The notes under the pieces are model-generated. The model was not told the DNA's origin and did not search any database. It saw nothing but the letters and a program-made list of their open reading frames with translations. The translations under genes were made by a program, and so were the position numbers. Of a DNA stretch of 64,000 bases, positions 10,400 to 23,959 are shown one piece after another (within the stretch, counting starts at the first letter, position 1; the number at the start of each line of letters is the position of its first letter). The stretch lies in assembly GCA_011109175.1 (NCBI GenBank), contig RDEW01000006.1, forward strand, positions 1,324,133 to 1,388,132, in the 5' to 3' direction. The stretch is from Dicyema japonicum (taxonomy: Eukaryota; Animalia; Dicyemida).

Positions 10400-12960
10400 G
10401 AAAAACTTTATTTCAAAACGGGATTAGGAGTTAGGTGTAGGGGAATTTAACGAGCCCGCCTTTGCGGCTTTGACACTTTTGACGTCCCCCGTCTCCACTA
10501 TTAATTCGCGTTCTAGCGTAGGACTCCATAAATCCTGTTTTCCACAATCTTCTTCACTGGGGCAAGAATCCCGTCCTCTTCAGTACTCAAGACGTAGTCT
10601 TCTGCACGGGGCTAACTTTATCGCTGATCTTCTAGATTTTTCCAGTTGTGACAATATTCTTTCCCTTTTCATGGATAGGTACTACGCTTCACATCCATAT
10701 GAGTTTCGGTAGGATTATTTTCATGAAAATGAAAATGCAGATCTCCGTACTGACTGTCATCTTGCGTGTGCAGAAGAACGCTTGCAGCGCCTTTTTCCTC
10801 CTCAGCTTGATGTCCTCCATATTTGAGCCTTCCTGATCGACTACTACACCCAGGTAGCAAAGCGAGCGAACTCTTGCAAATCCTAGCCTATATGACTGTA
10901 CATGATGGCTTCGTAAACAGCTGATTCTCATAAAGTTTGACTTCTCTGTTGAGAGTTTCATCCTTCTCCTGACACAACAGCCTTGAACTTGGTCAATAAA
11001 TATCTTGTGTCTTCTCTCGGAGAGCGTCGACCTCCCAGACATATCCATGATTAGGATGTCGTCCGCGTATATTGACAGATTCGAGTTTGGGTCCGACGGA
11101 GTTGGGAAGTCTGATAAGATGTTAAACAGTAGGGAGCTTAGGACAGAGTCCTGCGGAACACCCTTCTTTAGTAAAACGTCTCCGGATACATATCTTCCAA
11201 TGCGCAATTGAGAAGTCCGTTTCGTTCGTTTAACCATATGAATAGTTATTTTGGAATATCTGCAGCCACAAGCCTTGACAGGAAGGCATCATGCCACACG
11301 CTTTCAAAGGCCTTGGATAGGTCCAGACGTACCATGTTTATTTATCTCTTGAATCCGTACAAGGAGGAAATCGCTCTCTTCTATTTGCCGATTCAACCTC
11401 TTGAAGACAATTCGCTCAGCAATCTTGGAGATCGACTATATGAGGCTGATCGGCTTATAGTTGAGAGGGTCCTTCCCCGAGAATTATCCTGACTACAGTT
11501 GTTTTCCAGTGTCTTGGGACATATCCGTGGTCAATGCTTGCGTTGAACAAGTTCTTCAGGACGAGCAACAAGGCCTCCGTGTCTTTTTTAAACATCCTCA
11601 TGCTAACGTGATCATGGCCCGGAGCATTTGCTTTGTATGTTCTGATTGCATCCACGACGTCCTCTACGGTGATTCTCATCCTTGAGGTCGTTCAGATAGT
11701 AATTACAATGTTCTTGTGAAGTCTCCAACTCCTCACATGGGATCAACACTATTGGGTTTAGTCCTACTGTCTTTTAAAGATTTCCTGGGTTTCTGCAGAC
11801 TGCGAGCTGAGAGTTGTTCAAGATGATCTTCTTTCACTTTTCTTCTGACCAGTTATTCTTTTATAGGTTCTCTAGAAGGAGAAACCTTTGGCGTCCAGTT
11901 TGCTTTCCTCGACCCTACATCTTCTCTCCAGAGCCAATCTTGTTCTCTTTCGGTGGCTCGTTTGGTAATCTTTAGTCAATCGGTCAGAGCCATTCGGTCT
12001 ATTCGGTCAGCACATCTTCTTAGCTTTGATCAACCCCAAGGTAATGAATGAAATGTCGATATTTTTCTTGCGGCTTCCATTCGAGAATTTTCTTCTTGGC
12101 ATATAATAGCAAATATCTCTCTATGACGATTGCAAGATTTCGGTACATATTATCGGTTACTTAGGTTCCTCCGTCCAACTTTGAAGGTTTCTTGTGAGGT
12201 AATTTCGGTAGTATTCCCAGTCGATTCGTGACATGTCATATCTCATGAATACTGTTTCTGTGACATATGGAGTTAGGGGTAGAACTAGTTTTTGAAAAAT
12301 ATGATCACTGCCGATGTTCCACATGATCCTCGACCTCTCCACGTAAGTGCAGAGTGATGGTGATATTAGGAACACACAAAGCATGTCTCCTCAGTGGTAA
12401 GAAGAGTGATTTGGCTCCTCCAACATCATGATTTTGAATCCGGATTTCTCACCCAGGATTTCTAGTCTTCGTCCGTTCCCGTTAGTTCTGTAGCTTTTGT
12501 AGTTGACGTTCTTGGCGTTTTTTTAACATATCGTTACTTTCGAAAAAATTTTATGATCTGTGTAGAACAATTCTGATGTCCTTCGAATACATCCTTCCAA
12601 AGTGTATCCACGAGGCACAGCAGTGTATTTTAATAGAGACGAATTCGCATTTTGGCCGTGATTATTTTCTGGATCCGTATTTGTAGGTCATCACTGTAGA
12701 ACAATGTGGTTCCAGTGCTTCCTTCCACAGTATTTCTATAGAGTCGAATCCCTTCAGCGAGTTTTGGTCTTTTAAATTATTAGACATGAAAAACCTATAG
12801 TTGGCCCAATCCAAATAAGAAATGTTGAACCTCAAGAAAACATTTATCATAATATCAGGTCTCATACTAATAACTAGGGCAACCAATTGCAATAAATTAC
12901 AATTATTCCAAAGACAAGAGTAACCAAACTAACTAACTCCTTAATCCTGACTTTTTCCAG
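10400..12960 (-). mobile_element. APE-endonuclease LINE ORF2 remnant (EN+RT); copies at ~20280-22840 and ~30115-32700
   Basis: EN motifs LWNNCNLL..RPDI, VGDINAK (intact only in unit 3, ORF 32106-32339) and IGSDH. RT motifs NAPGHD, KAFESV-like, GVPQDSVLS and YADD. Stops and frameshifts present. Confidence 0.9.
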
Positions 12961-13109
12961 CATTCCAGAACTTGTCTCCAAGCAACGACATTTCTCCGGG
13001 AAGAATAGTTGGATCCTCTTGATGCCGGCCAGGTATTAGACGTCTCCTCAGTAAAAAGGATCCAATGACGCCATCGAAAAGAAGGAAAATAATTTTTGAC
13101 ACACTATCC

Positions 13110-13382
13110 TTATGGCGCCACGCCGCCATAGCAATAAATTACAATTAAATATAATGTAATAATGAGCCAGCTCCTATCTCTCTTATCGTTTTTCTTCTTA
13201 GCGATGAGCGAGCCGATCCTGTTTAGCAGGGTCATTGACCTGCTACTAAAGATTCCTCTCGTTTCAACTCCAACTGGTTCGAAGATGAATTGTCCATCAA
13301 GACATGCGTATTTTTTTATTTTTAGGGTCTCAGCCTTCTCAAAAGCAGAATAATAATTAATTTTAGTTATATTTTTTTCCAA
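13110..13382 (-). mobile_element. CRE-clade 3' (restriction-like endonuclease end) fragment; copies in units 2 and 3
   Basis: KKYACLDGQFIFEPVGVETRG...LLNRIGSLIAKKKNDKRDRSWL parallels the C-terminus of the 38475-38657 ORF. Confidence 0.75.
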
Positions 13383-14083
13383 TTATTATAAAAGAATTTT
13401 TTAAACAACTGTGTGTGTGGTGTTTAGCGAAAATCTCAGCTGGAAAATAAAGAACGAAAAGAAGACGAAGTACGAGGAACAAAGCCAGTAAGAACAACTC
13501 ACGCATGTCTCTTATGTGGACAATCGTGGAGGATCGGATCAATGGTTTCATGAGGAGATCAAAGATCCAGGACACGTATATAAAGCTGGGAGAAACGTTC
13601 TGAAAAAAAATTTAAAAATTGAGGAAGGGTCCAGGTGTGGACTCCAAGCTTTAGGTTAGGACTCAGATATAACACTCTCCAAAAAACTCCTAACTCTTTT
13701 GTTAATAAATCGTTAATTCTTCTAATTTTTTTGGACAATCGAATATCAGCAAATTTGAATTAACTGCAAGCCATGTGAATAATTTGTCGACTTGGGCTGT
13801 ATCAAAATGACTAAAGCTTGCGCCGAGACGTTGTCGAATTGGCTGTGGCCCTCTTGTATTTGTAAGGAGGTCGCCAGGCGGGAAAAAATAGCTCAGTCAA
13901 ACTTTACACTGCCACATACTGACCACACTCCCTTGAAGATCTCGAACCTCCGGAAAGCCAGGAAGATCCCAGTAAAAATCCTTAATGGAGTACGAATTGC
14001 CGCAGCATTGTGTCTTTCAAATGCCATTGATCACGCACCGTCCTCTGACAGTTGCGAATCCTGGCTAAAACTTATATGCTTTT

Positions 14084-15740
14084 ATAGAAAATTTTAAAAA
14101 TCTTCTATAGAAAATTAAAAATCTATTATTTAATTTTTATCTTTAATTTATTAATTTTCAAATAATTGTCAGCATGCCTGCGAAGCTTAGTCGTCATTTG
14201 AAACAACATATTTTTGATTCTTTAATAAATCAAAATATGTCAGAAAGAAAAATATGTCGATTATACAAGATTGGAAAAGGAACTGTTTCTCGAATTAAAA
14301 AAGAAATTGGAAAGGACAATATTTCGTTAAACAAAGAAGTATTTTTTGAGGAAGTTTCATGCAAGAAGTTTGAATCCGACCTTTCTATTCAAATTGATCG
14401 ACTAGTATTCGAAGTCTTCAACAATTTGAGAAAGGATGGGATTTCAGTATCTGGATGTCTCCTCAAAAATATTGCAAAAAAGATTGCTGCCAAATTTGAG
14501 TTTAATGATTTCAAGGCATCAAATGGATGGCTTGATCGATTTAAAAAGCGACATGAATTACTATTCAAAGTAATTTCGGGTGAAAAAAACTCATCCGACA
14601 AAAAAAACTTAAAGAGTTTTTTAACAATTACGACAGTTTATTTGAGGAATACGATAAAAAAGATATTTTTAACTGCGACGAAACTTCTCTTTTTATTAAA
14701 AAAAATTCATGTAGATCATTTGTCTCTTCAAATGATGATTGTTTTGGTAAAACGAAAAGTAAAGAACGAGTTTCAGTTCTTTTATGCTGCAGCCGTGAAG
14801 GCGAGAAATTAAAACCCCTTGTTATCGGGAAATTCAAATCCCCAAGATGCTTAAAAAACATAAATACAGAAGATTATGGGGTATATTGTGTTGGGTTAAT
14901 TTTAGGTTCTATATACAGCTTCAAAAAATGCATGGATGACGATGGATATTTTTGATACATGGCTACAAAAAATAAACTTCGAAATGGTTAAAAAAACAGG
15001 AAAATTTTGATTATTATGGATAATGCACGTTGTCACAAATGTCAGGAATATTCAAACTTATCATTTCTTAAACTTCCTAAAAGCACAACAGCACTTCTTC
15101 AACCTTTAGATATGGGGATTATAAACTCATTCAAATCATGTTATAAGAATGTTCTTTATGAAATGATATGTGATGCCTATGATGCCCTGTTGAAGATCAA
15201 TATGAGACAAGTAGTCGCATTTGTGGGAGAAGCATGGACTCGTGTAACAAAAACTACAATATTGAATTGTTGGAAAAAGATAAATGAGCAAAGAACATTT
15301 GTCCATGAAACAAATTCAAAAAAAGAATCCGAATTAATTGATGAACATATTTCAGATTTAACAGAACTTGAAATAAATGGAATAGAAGACAATGAGGCTT
15401 TGTATAATGGAAATAATGAGATGGATGGGCTATATTTAAAAGATACAATAAAAATTATGAATAATCTTGAATCTTCATTATTTAACATTTGTCCTGAAGG
15501 GCTTAAAGAATACTATGAATTTAGGATTAAAATTTCAAAAATGCTAAGAAACAAATATTCCATTGGGAACAAAATAACTGATTATTTTTCATAAATAAAT
15601 TGATTCCTTTTTGCAATATGAAGCAAAACATTGTATTGTAAAAATAATTATTTAAAAATACGAATAGAGAGGTTAAAAATGTAATAATTTAGTATACTCT
15701 CTATATTTGGGGCACTTTTCTATTGGGGCGGGGTCTACTG
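14084..15740 (+). mobile_element. pogo copy 2, lacking the left TIR (cut by the duplication junction); transposase 14174-15594, intron 14881-14905
   Basis: Near-identical to 4241-5868; right TIR at ~15722-15740 followed by TA. Confidence 0.93.
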
Positions 15741-18700
15741 TACATTTATTTTCTCACAACCTTTCGAAATTAGCATCATGACATTTAATTTTGCAATAGA
15801 ATCTGCAAAATCATTTTTCAACATCGTTTTCGACATTTCTTTAGCAATTTTCAATTTAGTTTTGTAATCCATTACCACAACAAAAATGAAAATTGAAAAT
15901 AAAACAAAAATCACAATTTTTTAAGATTAATATTAATTCAAAAAACACAATTTATTCTTTTATTTTAAACTGCCATCCATCCAAAGTGGACTCCGCCGAC
16001 ATTATCGACGTTGCGTTGTCTCTCTCTATTTCAACAGATATCAACTGGAGTAGCCACCCGTCTCACGTCGTCGTGGCTTTTTAGTGTAGCTAAGCTTCCA
16101 AGTTTCTTTTGGCTGTTGACTTCACAATCATTGGACTATGACAGATCGCTCACCATCATGAAATAATGTACTCATGGTTTAATCGACCTTTCCGAACCTC
16201 ATTGTTCCCTTTAGAAGCGAATTTGAAACTTGAATTATTAAGATTAATGAGATGGTAAAATGTTTTACTTTTAACCAGGATAAGTGTATGAGTGTTTTAC
16301 ATAGAGTTTGTTGTATTGATCAAATTACCTTGTCTTGTCTCTATTGGAAAGTGACTCCATTAACAAATGAATATTTTTGTGCCTATTTCTCATTCGTGAG
16401 GATAATGAAATCTATGGTTTAGACATTAAGGAAATAATCAATTAATATAATCTGACCACTAATTGGCGATATGAGTTTTTGTTTATTTCACTAATGCAAA
16501 GATATAAATGTTAGAACTATTTAAATACATTGTATGTTCTAATAAAGCCGGTTTCAATTTCAAATACATAATAGAGCCAGGCAACAGTCAACTTATCCTC
16601 ATCCCCCTTCTCCGCCTCTCAATTAGTTTTTTCTCACTTTTCTCCACATTCTTATGGGTTTTAATCTGTAAATAACTGCAAAATTTTACAAAAAAATAAG
16701 TTTAAACATGTTTTTATAGTGGGATCTTAATGTTATTCGTAAGATGTTGCTGATCTCAGTTGTGGAGTGAATGATAATAGTAAAAATAGACTTTTGATTC
16801 GAACGTAATTGTTATATATTCCGAGTTAATTCGCAAAATACATTAAACTATGGAAACTTGTATTGTTTGATTTGTTTTGAGATTTGCTTTAATAGTCGAA
16901 GGATCAAATCACGGAAGCTTTGAAACCACTTCTCAGAGTAATAAAAGCCAAAATATCGACTAAACATGATATGACTAACAAATCCCCTGGAATATGTCAA
17001 ACTGTAAGTTTATTAGTGATTTAGTCTCAAACAAAATCGATTTTGAATAAATATTGTACTTTATCCAAAATAATAGTCAAATGGAAAAGAATGTGTTAAT
17101 TGATTTAATTTACAGTGCAAATGGTTCGTATAGTGGAAGTCCGAGCAAGGATGTTGATGAGGATTACTCCACATGCTTCCTGTTTAGGTCCGAGAATAAG
17201 CACGTAAAGTTGAAAATACTAAAGTTTAATTCTCTTGACTACAATCGGAGTACGTACTCTTCTGTAAAACTATTAATAATCCAGACATTCATGGACAGAG
17301 TCAGAGAAGCAATCAGATACATTCCTTCAGTCAGAAGTCGACAAAAAAACGAACTTGTATAATATTCACTCATTTCAGTTATTTAGTATCGTTAGAGATA
17401 ACAGTAGGGAATTTAAAAACTTTTCTTTTGAAATCCAACGAAATATCATCGACAAAAGTACTTTCATGGAGTAACCACATTTGTTTACTTGAAGGTACAA
17501 GAAAAATACAAAATTATTCGCAAATAAGGGGATGTTTACTATCTCTCATTTTTTGTAATGGGAAGAGGTTTTACTTTTAAATATTGCAAGTCAAGAAAGT
17601 CTACAAAGAGAATAATGAGTTATTGGAGACAGGGTCAATGCTCGGAGTATTTATTCTTAATTAGTGAGTAGTTTGAAGAGATTATGTGCAACAAACAGAG
17701 GGAGTATACTGTGGTTACAAAGTCTGATTGCATAGTTCTTCTACTCTACATTAATGTTAGATTATTAATCATTTTAGGATTTCAAAAATATTTTTAAGAC
17801 TAACAGCTTATCAGAGATCACATACTCGTATTGGTCTTTATGTAGTCTAGCGAGGAAGTATATGATTCTGTGATCAGAAAATTACATCAAAAATATTCCC
17901 AAAAGTGGTATTTATTAGATTATCGGTAATATTCTTGTTTATTTTAAAGAAAAAACGAAATTATCTCAGAAAACATTAAACATTCGAAATGGATTTACGT
18001 CATTCTATATGTGACTGTAGATGTAATTTTAGGGCAATGCTAATCTTGTCTTTAAAGTAAGTGAATCCACTGAGTTTAAGCAAACAGATATGAAGGACTT
18101 TAACAAATGTCGACATAACAATTGCTTTGACTTTCTGATTGATTCTACATTCTGTAATTTCGTGTTAAATAAAGACAGATCGCCCCGAGAGATTATATAA
18201 AAGATCGAGAACTGCATATGGTGGTAGTAAACGTCCGGTTACTGCATTTTCGTATAATAGAGAGAGGAGTGTAGTTAATAATAATTTATATTTTACTCTA
18301 AGAAGACTGAAACCATATAATGTATTTGTAATTCTCTTTGTGTCATAATAGGGAATTTGTGATAAAGAATCTAATATGAATATATTAATGATAAGTGACC
18401 AGTGTAAAGTACTCCATATCAGAAAGGAGGTATTGGAGTCTGAAACTGATGTTTTATTTACGAACTTTTTGAAATCTAATGTATTTTTCTTTTGATATTT
18501 TAGTGGGTTCCGTTACCGTGGTTTAATGCAATATTATTTTCTTCCCTTTAATAAACATTTTTGATTAATTAATTATAAATTTAATTTATCATAAAATTTA
18601 AATTTAGTCCACAACTCTTTATAGATTATTAGGACTGGAAGGTTTTCCAGAATGCCCGATATAAATGAATGTGATGTTTGGAATAGATGCGTCTCACTTT

Positions 18701-21700
18701 GACCTTGTAAGCTGAATATTCCTTAATTATACTTTAACTCTTAACCTTTCTCATTTATGTTTGGAAATATTAATGAACAAATACTTTTCAAGACCTATTG
18801 AGGACAATTGGCTATTCAAGTACATTTTACAATGAGGGGGCTGCCAGAGAAATAGCTTCGGGTTGGGTGATAAAATACTCGATTCTTCTTAATTATTTGG
18901 GATGTCGGGAGGCTGGTTTTTTGCCGACACATAATACTTTCCGAACCAAAAAGCTCCTGTAGCGCGCTTTTTTCTCCTATTTAACGTCTTTAAGAAATGT
19001 GCCTTCATGATCAATCGTAAGTACCAGGTAGCGTAGTGAGCGCACTCTCAGCACTCTAAGCGAGTGTAACTTACCATGGTGCTGTTTATTCGACTAATTT
19101 TAGGAGTTCGACTTTTCTGCGGAGTGCTGATTCCCCACCGGTTACACCAGTCTTGGGCATACGTAATGTATTCTCTGAGTCTCCTTAGGTTAGGTTTGAG
19201 TTGCCAGACATGTCTATTAATAGAATATCATTCACGTAGATAAATAGTTTTGAGTTCTGGTCCTGTGGGATTGGAAAATCTGACATAAGTATATTAAAAA
19301 AGAAAGGACTCAAGACAGAGCCCTGTTGTATGTATCTTGCAAATGATATCTTTTCAGATATAAATCCTTCAACTCTCCCTTTGACTTTTTTCCCATCAGG
19401 AAATCCTTCAACGTAAAAATATATATTATTGAATAATCGCTGAGACCAGTTTTGATAGGAGGGCTACATACCATACACCTGGGGTCGACTGGCTTTTTGT
19501 CTTCGCGGGCCAAAATTTTATTTTTATGAGATGCGGCCAAAGGAGAAAAATTTTTAAATTTTCAAAGAAATGAATTTATTTTTTAATAAAATATTAACGT
19601 CTACGTTAATCTCACTAATATATCGTTAATATGTTAATCAGTCATTCTCGTTCTTAGACAATTTTCACATTTTCAATTTTAAGAATAACTGATTTCGCAA
19701 ATATGAAACATCATAATTCTTTTCCTCAAGAAAAATTATGACATCATCCCGATATAAAATAGTCTCTTGAAAACCCTCTGTTAAGCCATCTGACATTACA
19801 AAATATAAGAGATCTCCATATTCTGCTTTAGTATTACAATTTGTCTATCTGCCGATGATTTAAGCCGTGGGATCAAATACAATTAGCTCTCTTGGTCTAC
19901 TCTAGGAGGGATAAGATCTTCACCCTCTTCGGAAAAGAAGAACCACCCCTTGCATGGCTAACGTGTAACTTTTATGTACATAGAACTGAGTGCAAAGCTC
20001 TGTTTCTCTTCTCCTTATGTCGTCCATGTAATCTCCTGCATGTCCATAGTCAACCCCCATTGTTTATTCCCAGTGTGTATTCTTGTTTAAGGTGCTTTTC
20101 ACATTATTTATTCGGAGTCCGCATGATTTTTCAACATAGAATTTTAACCCTCTCATGATGCACCATTGCTTAATCTAGTCCACATACTCCCGGATTCTTC
20201 CTTCAGATATAGAAGATTTTAGAGATGTGTCCATCACAAACGTTTTTTCAATGTTTGGTCTTGTGAAAAAACTTGAAAAACTTTATTTCAAAACGGGATT
20301 AGGAGTTAGGTGTAGGGGAATTTAACGAGCCCGCCTTTGCGGCTTTGACACTTTTGACGTCCCCCGTCTCCACTATTAATTCGCGTTCTAGCGTAGGACT
20401 CCATAAATCCTGTTTTCCACAATCTTCTTCACTGGGGCAAGAATCCCGTCCTCTTCAGTACTCAAGACGTAGTCTTCTCATGCACGGGCTAACTTTATCG
20501 CTGATCTTCTAGATTTTTCCAGTTGTGACAATATTCTTTCCCTTTTCATGGATAGGTACTACGCTTCACATCCATATGAGTTTCGGTAGGATTATTTTCA
20601 TGAAAATGAAAATGCAGATCTCCGTACTGACTGTCATCTTGCGTGTGCAGAAGAACGCTTGCAGCGCCTTTTTCCTCCTCAGCTTGATGTCCTCCATATT
20701 TGAGCCTTCCTGATCGACTACTACACCCAGGTAGCAAAGCGAGCGAACTCTTGCAAATCCTAGCCTATATGACTGTACATGATGGCTTCGTAAACAGCTG
20801 ATTCTCATAAAGTTTGACTTCTCTGTTGAGAGTTTCATCCTTCTCCTGACACAACAGCCTTGAACTTGGTCAATAAATATCTTGTGTCTTCTCTCGGAGA
20901 GCGTCGACCTCCCAGACATATCCATGATTAGGATGTCGTCCGCGTATATTGACAGATTCGAGTTTGGGTCCGACGGAGTTGGGAAGTCTGATAAGATGTT
21001 AAACAGTAGGGAGCTTAGGACAGAGTCCTGCGGAACACCCTTCTTTAGTAAAACGTCTCCGGATACATATCTTCCAATGCGCAATTGAGAAGTCCGTTTC
21101 GTTCGTTTAACCATATGAATAGTTATTTTGGAATATCTGCAGCCACAAGCCTTGACAGGAAGGCATCATGCCACACGCTTTCAAAGGCCTTGGATAGGTC
21201 CAGACGTACCATGTTTATTTATCTCTTGAATCCGTACAAGGAGGAAATCGCTCTCTTCTATTTGCCGATTCAACCTCTTGAAGACAATTCGCTCAGCAAT
21301 CTTGGAGATCGACTATATGAGGCTGATCGGCTTATAGTTGAGAGGGTCCTTCCCCGAGAATTATCCTGACTACAGTTGTTTTCCAGTGTCTTGGGACATA
21401 TCCGTGGTCAATGCTTGCGTTGAACAAGTTCTTCAGGACGAGCAACAAGGCCTCCGTGTCTTTTTTAAACATCCTCATGCTAACGTGATCATGGCCCGGA
21501 GCATTTGCTTTGTATGTTCTGATTGCATCCACGACGTCCTCTACGGTGATTCTCATCCTTGAGGTCGTTCAGATAGTAATTACAATGTTCTTGTGAAGTC
21601 TCCAACTCCTCACATGGGATCAACACTATTGGGTTTAGTCCTACTGTCTTTTAAAGATTTCCTGGGTTTCTGCAGACTGCGAGCTGAGAGTTGTTCAAGA

Positions 21701-23959
21701 TGATCTTCTTTCACTTTTCTTCTGACCAGTTATTCTTTTATAGGTTCTCTAGAAGGAGAAACCTTTGGCGTCCAGTTTGCTTTCCTCGACCCTACATCTT
21801 CTCTCCAGAGCCAATCTTGTTCTCTTTCGGTGGCTCGTTTGGTAATCTTTAGTCAATCGGTCAGAGCCATTCGGTCTATTCGGTCAGCACATCTTCTTAG
21901 CTTTGATCAACCCCAAGGTATGAATGAAATGTCGATATTTTTCTTGCGGCTTCCATTCGAGAATTTCTTCTTGGCATATAATAGCAAATATCTCTCTATG
22001 ACGATTGCAAGATTTCGGTACATATTATCGGTTACTTAGGTTCCTCCGTCCAACTTTGAAGGTTTCTTGTGAGGTAATTTCGGTAGTATTCCCAGTCGAT
22101 TCGTGACATGTCATATCTCATGAATACTGTTTCTGTGACATATGGAGTTAGGGGTAGAACTAATTTTTGAAAAATATGATCACTGCCGATGTTCCACATG
22201 ATCCTCGACCTCTCCACGTAAGTGCAGAGTGATGGTGATATTAGGAACACACAAAGCATGTCTCCTCAGTGGTAAAGAAGAGTGATTTGGCTCCTCCAAC
22301 ATCATGATTTTGAATCCGGATTTCTCACCCAGGATTTCTAGTCTTCGTCCGTTCCCGTTAGTTCTGTAGCTTTTGTAGTTGACGTTCTTGGCGTTTTTTT
22401 AACATATCGTTACTTTCGAAAAATTTTATGATCTGTGTAGAACAATTCTGATGTCCTTCGAATACATCCTTCCAAAGTGTATCCACGAGGCACAGCAGTG
22501 TATTTTAATAGAGACGAATTCGCATTTTGGCCGTGATTATTTTCTGGATCCGTATTTGTAGGTCATCACTGTAGAACAATGTGGTTCCAGTGCTTCCTTC
22601 CACAGTATTTCTATAGAGTCGAATCCCTTCAGCGAGTTTTGGTCTTTTAAATTATTAGACATGAAAAACCTATAGTTGGCCCAATCCAAATAAGAAATGT
22701 TGAACCTCAAGAAAACATTTATCATAATATCAGGTCTCATACTAATAACTAGGGCAACCAATTGCAATAAATTACAATTATTCCAAAGACCAAGAGTAAC
22801 CAAACTAACTAACTCCTTAATCCTGACTTTTTCCAGCATTCCAGAACTTGTCTCCAAGCAACGACATTGTCTCCGGGAAGAATAGTTGGATCCTCTTGAT
22901 GCCGGCCAGGTATTAGACGTCTCCTCAGTAAAAAGGATCCAATGACGCCATCGAAAAGAAGGAAAATAATTTTTGACACACTATCCTTATGGCGCCACGC
23001 CGCCATGGCAATAAATTACAATTAAATATAATGTAATAATGAGCCAGCTCCTATCTCTCTTATCGTTTTTCTTCTTAGCGATGAGCGAGCCGATCCTGTT
23101 TAGCAGGGTCATTGACCTGCTACTAAGATTCCTCTCGTTTCAACTCCAACTGGTTCGAAGATGAATTGTCCATCAAGACATGCGTATTTTTTTTATTTTT
23201 AGGGTCTCAGCCTTCTCAAAAGCAGAATAATAATTAATTTTAGTTATATTTTTTCCAATTATTATAAAAGAATTTTTAAACAACTGTGTGTGTGGTGTTT
23301 AGCGAAAATCTCAGCTGGAAAATAAAGAACGAAAAGAAGACGAAGTACGAGGAACAAAGCCAGTAAGAACAACTCACGCATGTCTCTTATGTGGACAATC
23401 GTGGAGGATCGGATCAATGGTTTCATGAGGAGATCAAAGATCCAGGACACGTATATAAAGCTGGGAGAAACGTTCTGAAAAAAAAATTTAAAAAATTGAG
23501 GAAGGGTCCAGGTGTGGACTCCAAGCTTTAGGTTAGGACTCAGATATAACACTCTCCAAAAAACTCCTTAACTCTTTTGTTAATAAATCGTTAATTCTTC
23601 TAATTCTTTTGGACAATCGAATATCAGCAAATTTGAATTAACTGCAAGCCATGTGAATAATTTGTCAACTTGGGCTGTATCAAAATGACTAAAGCTTGCG
23701 CCGAGACGTTGTCGAATTGGCTGTGGCCCTCTTGTATTTGTAAGGAGGTCGCCAGGCGGGAAAAAATAGCTCAGTCAAACTTTACACTGCCACATACTGA
23801 CCACACTCCCTTGAAGATCTCGAACCTCCGGAAAGCCAGGAAGATCCCAGTAAAAATCCTTAATGGAGTACGAATTGCCGCAGCATTGTGTCTTTCAAAT
23901 TCCATTGATCACGCACCGTCCTCTGACAGTTGCGAATCCTGGCTAACTTATATGCTTTT

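Noticed and set aside
10017-11685. Short ORFs opposite the LINE fragments and host genes (e.g. 10017-10283, 11208-11492, 44987-45576, 46038-46466)
   Set aside because: Antisense shadows of coding or TE sequence with no recognisable motifs.
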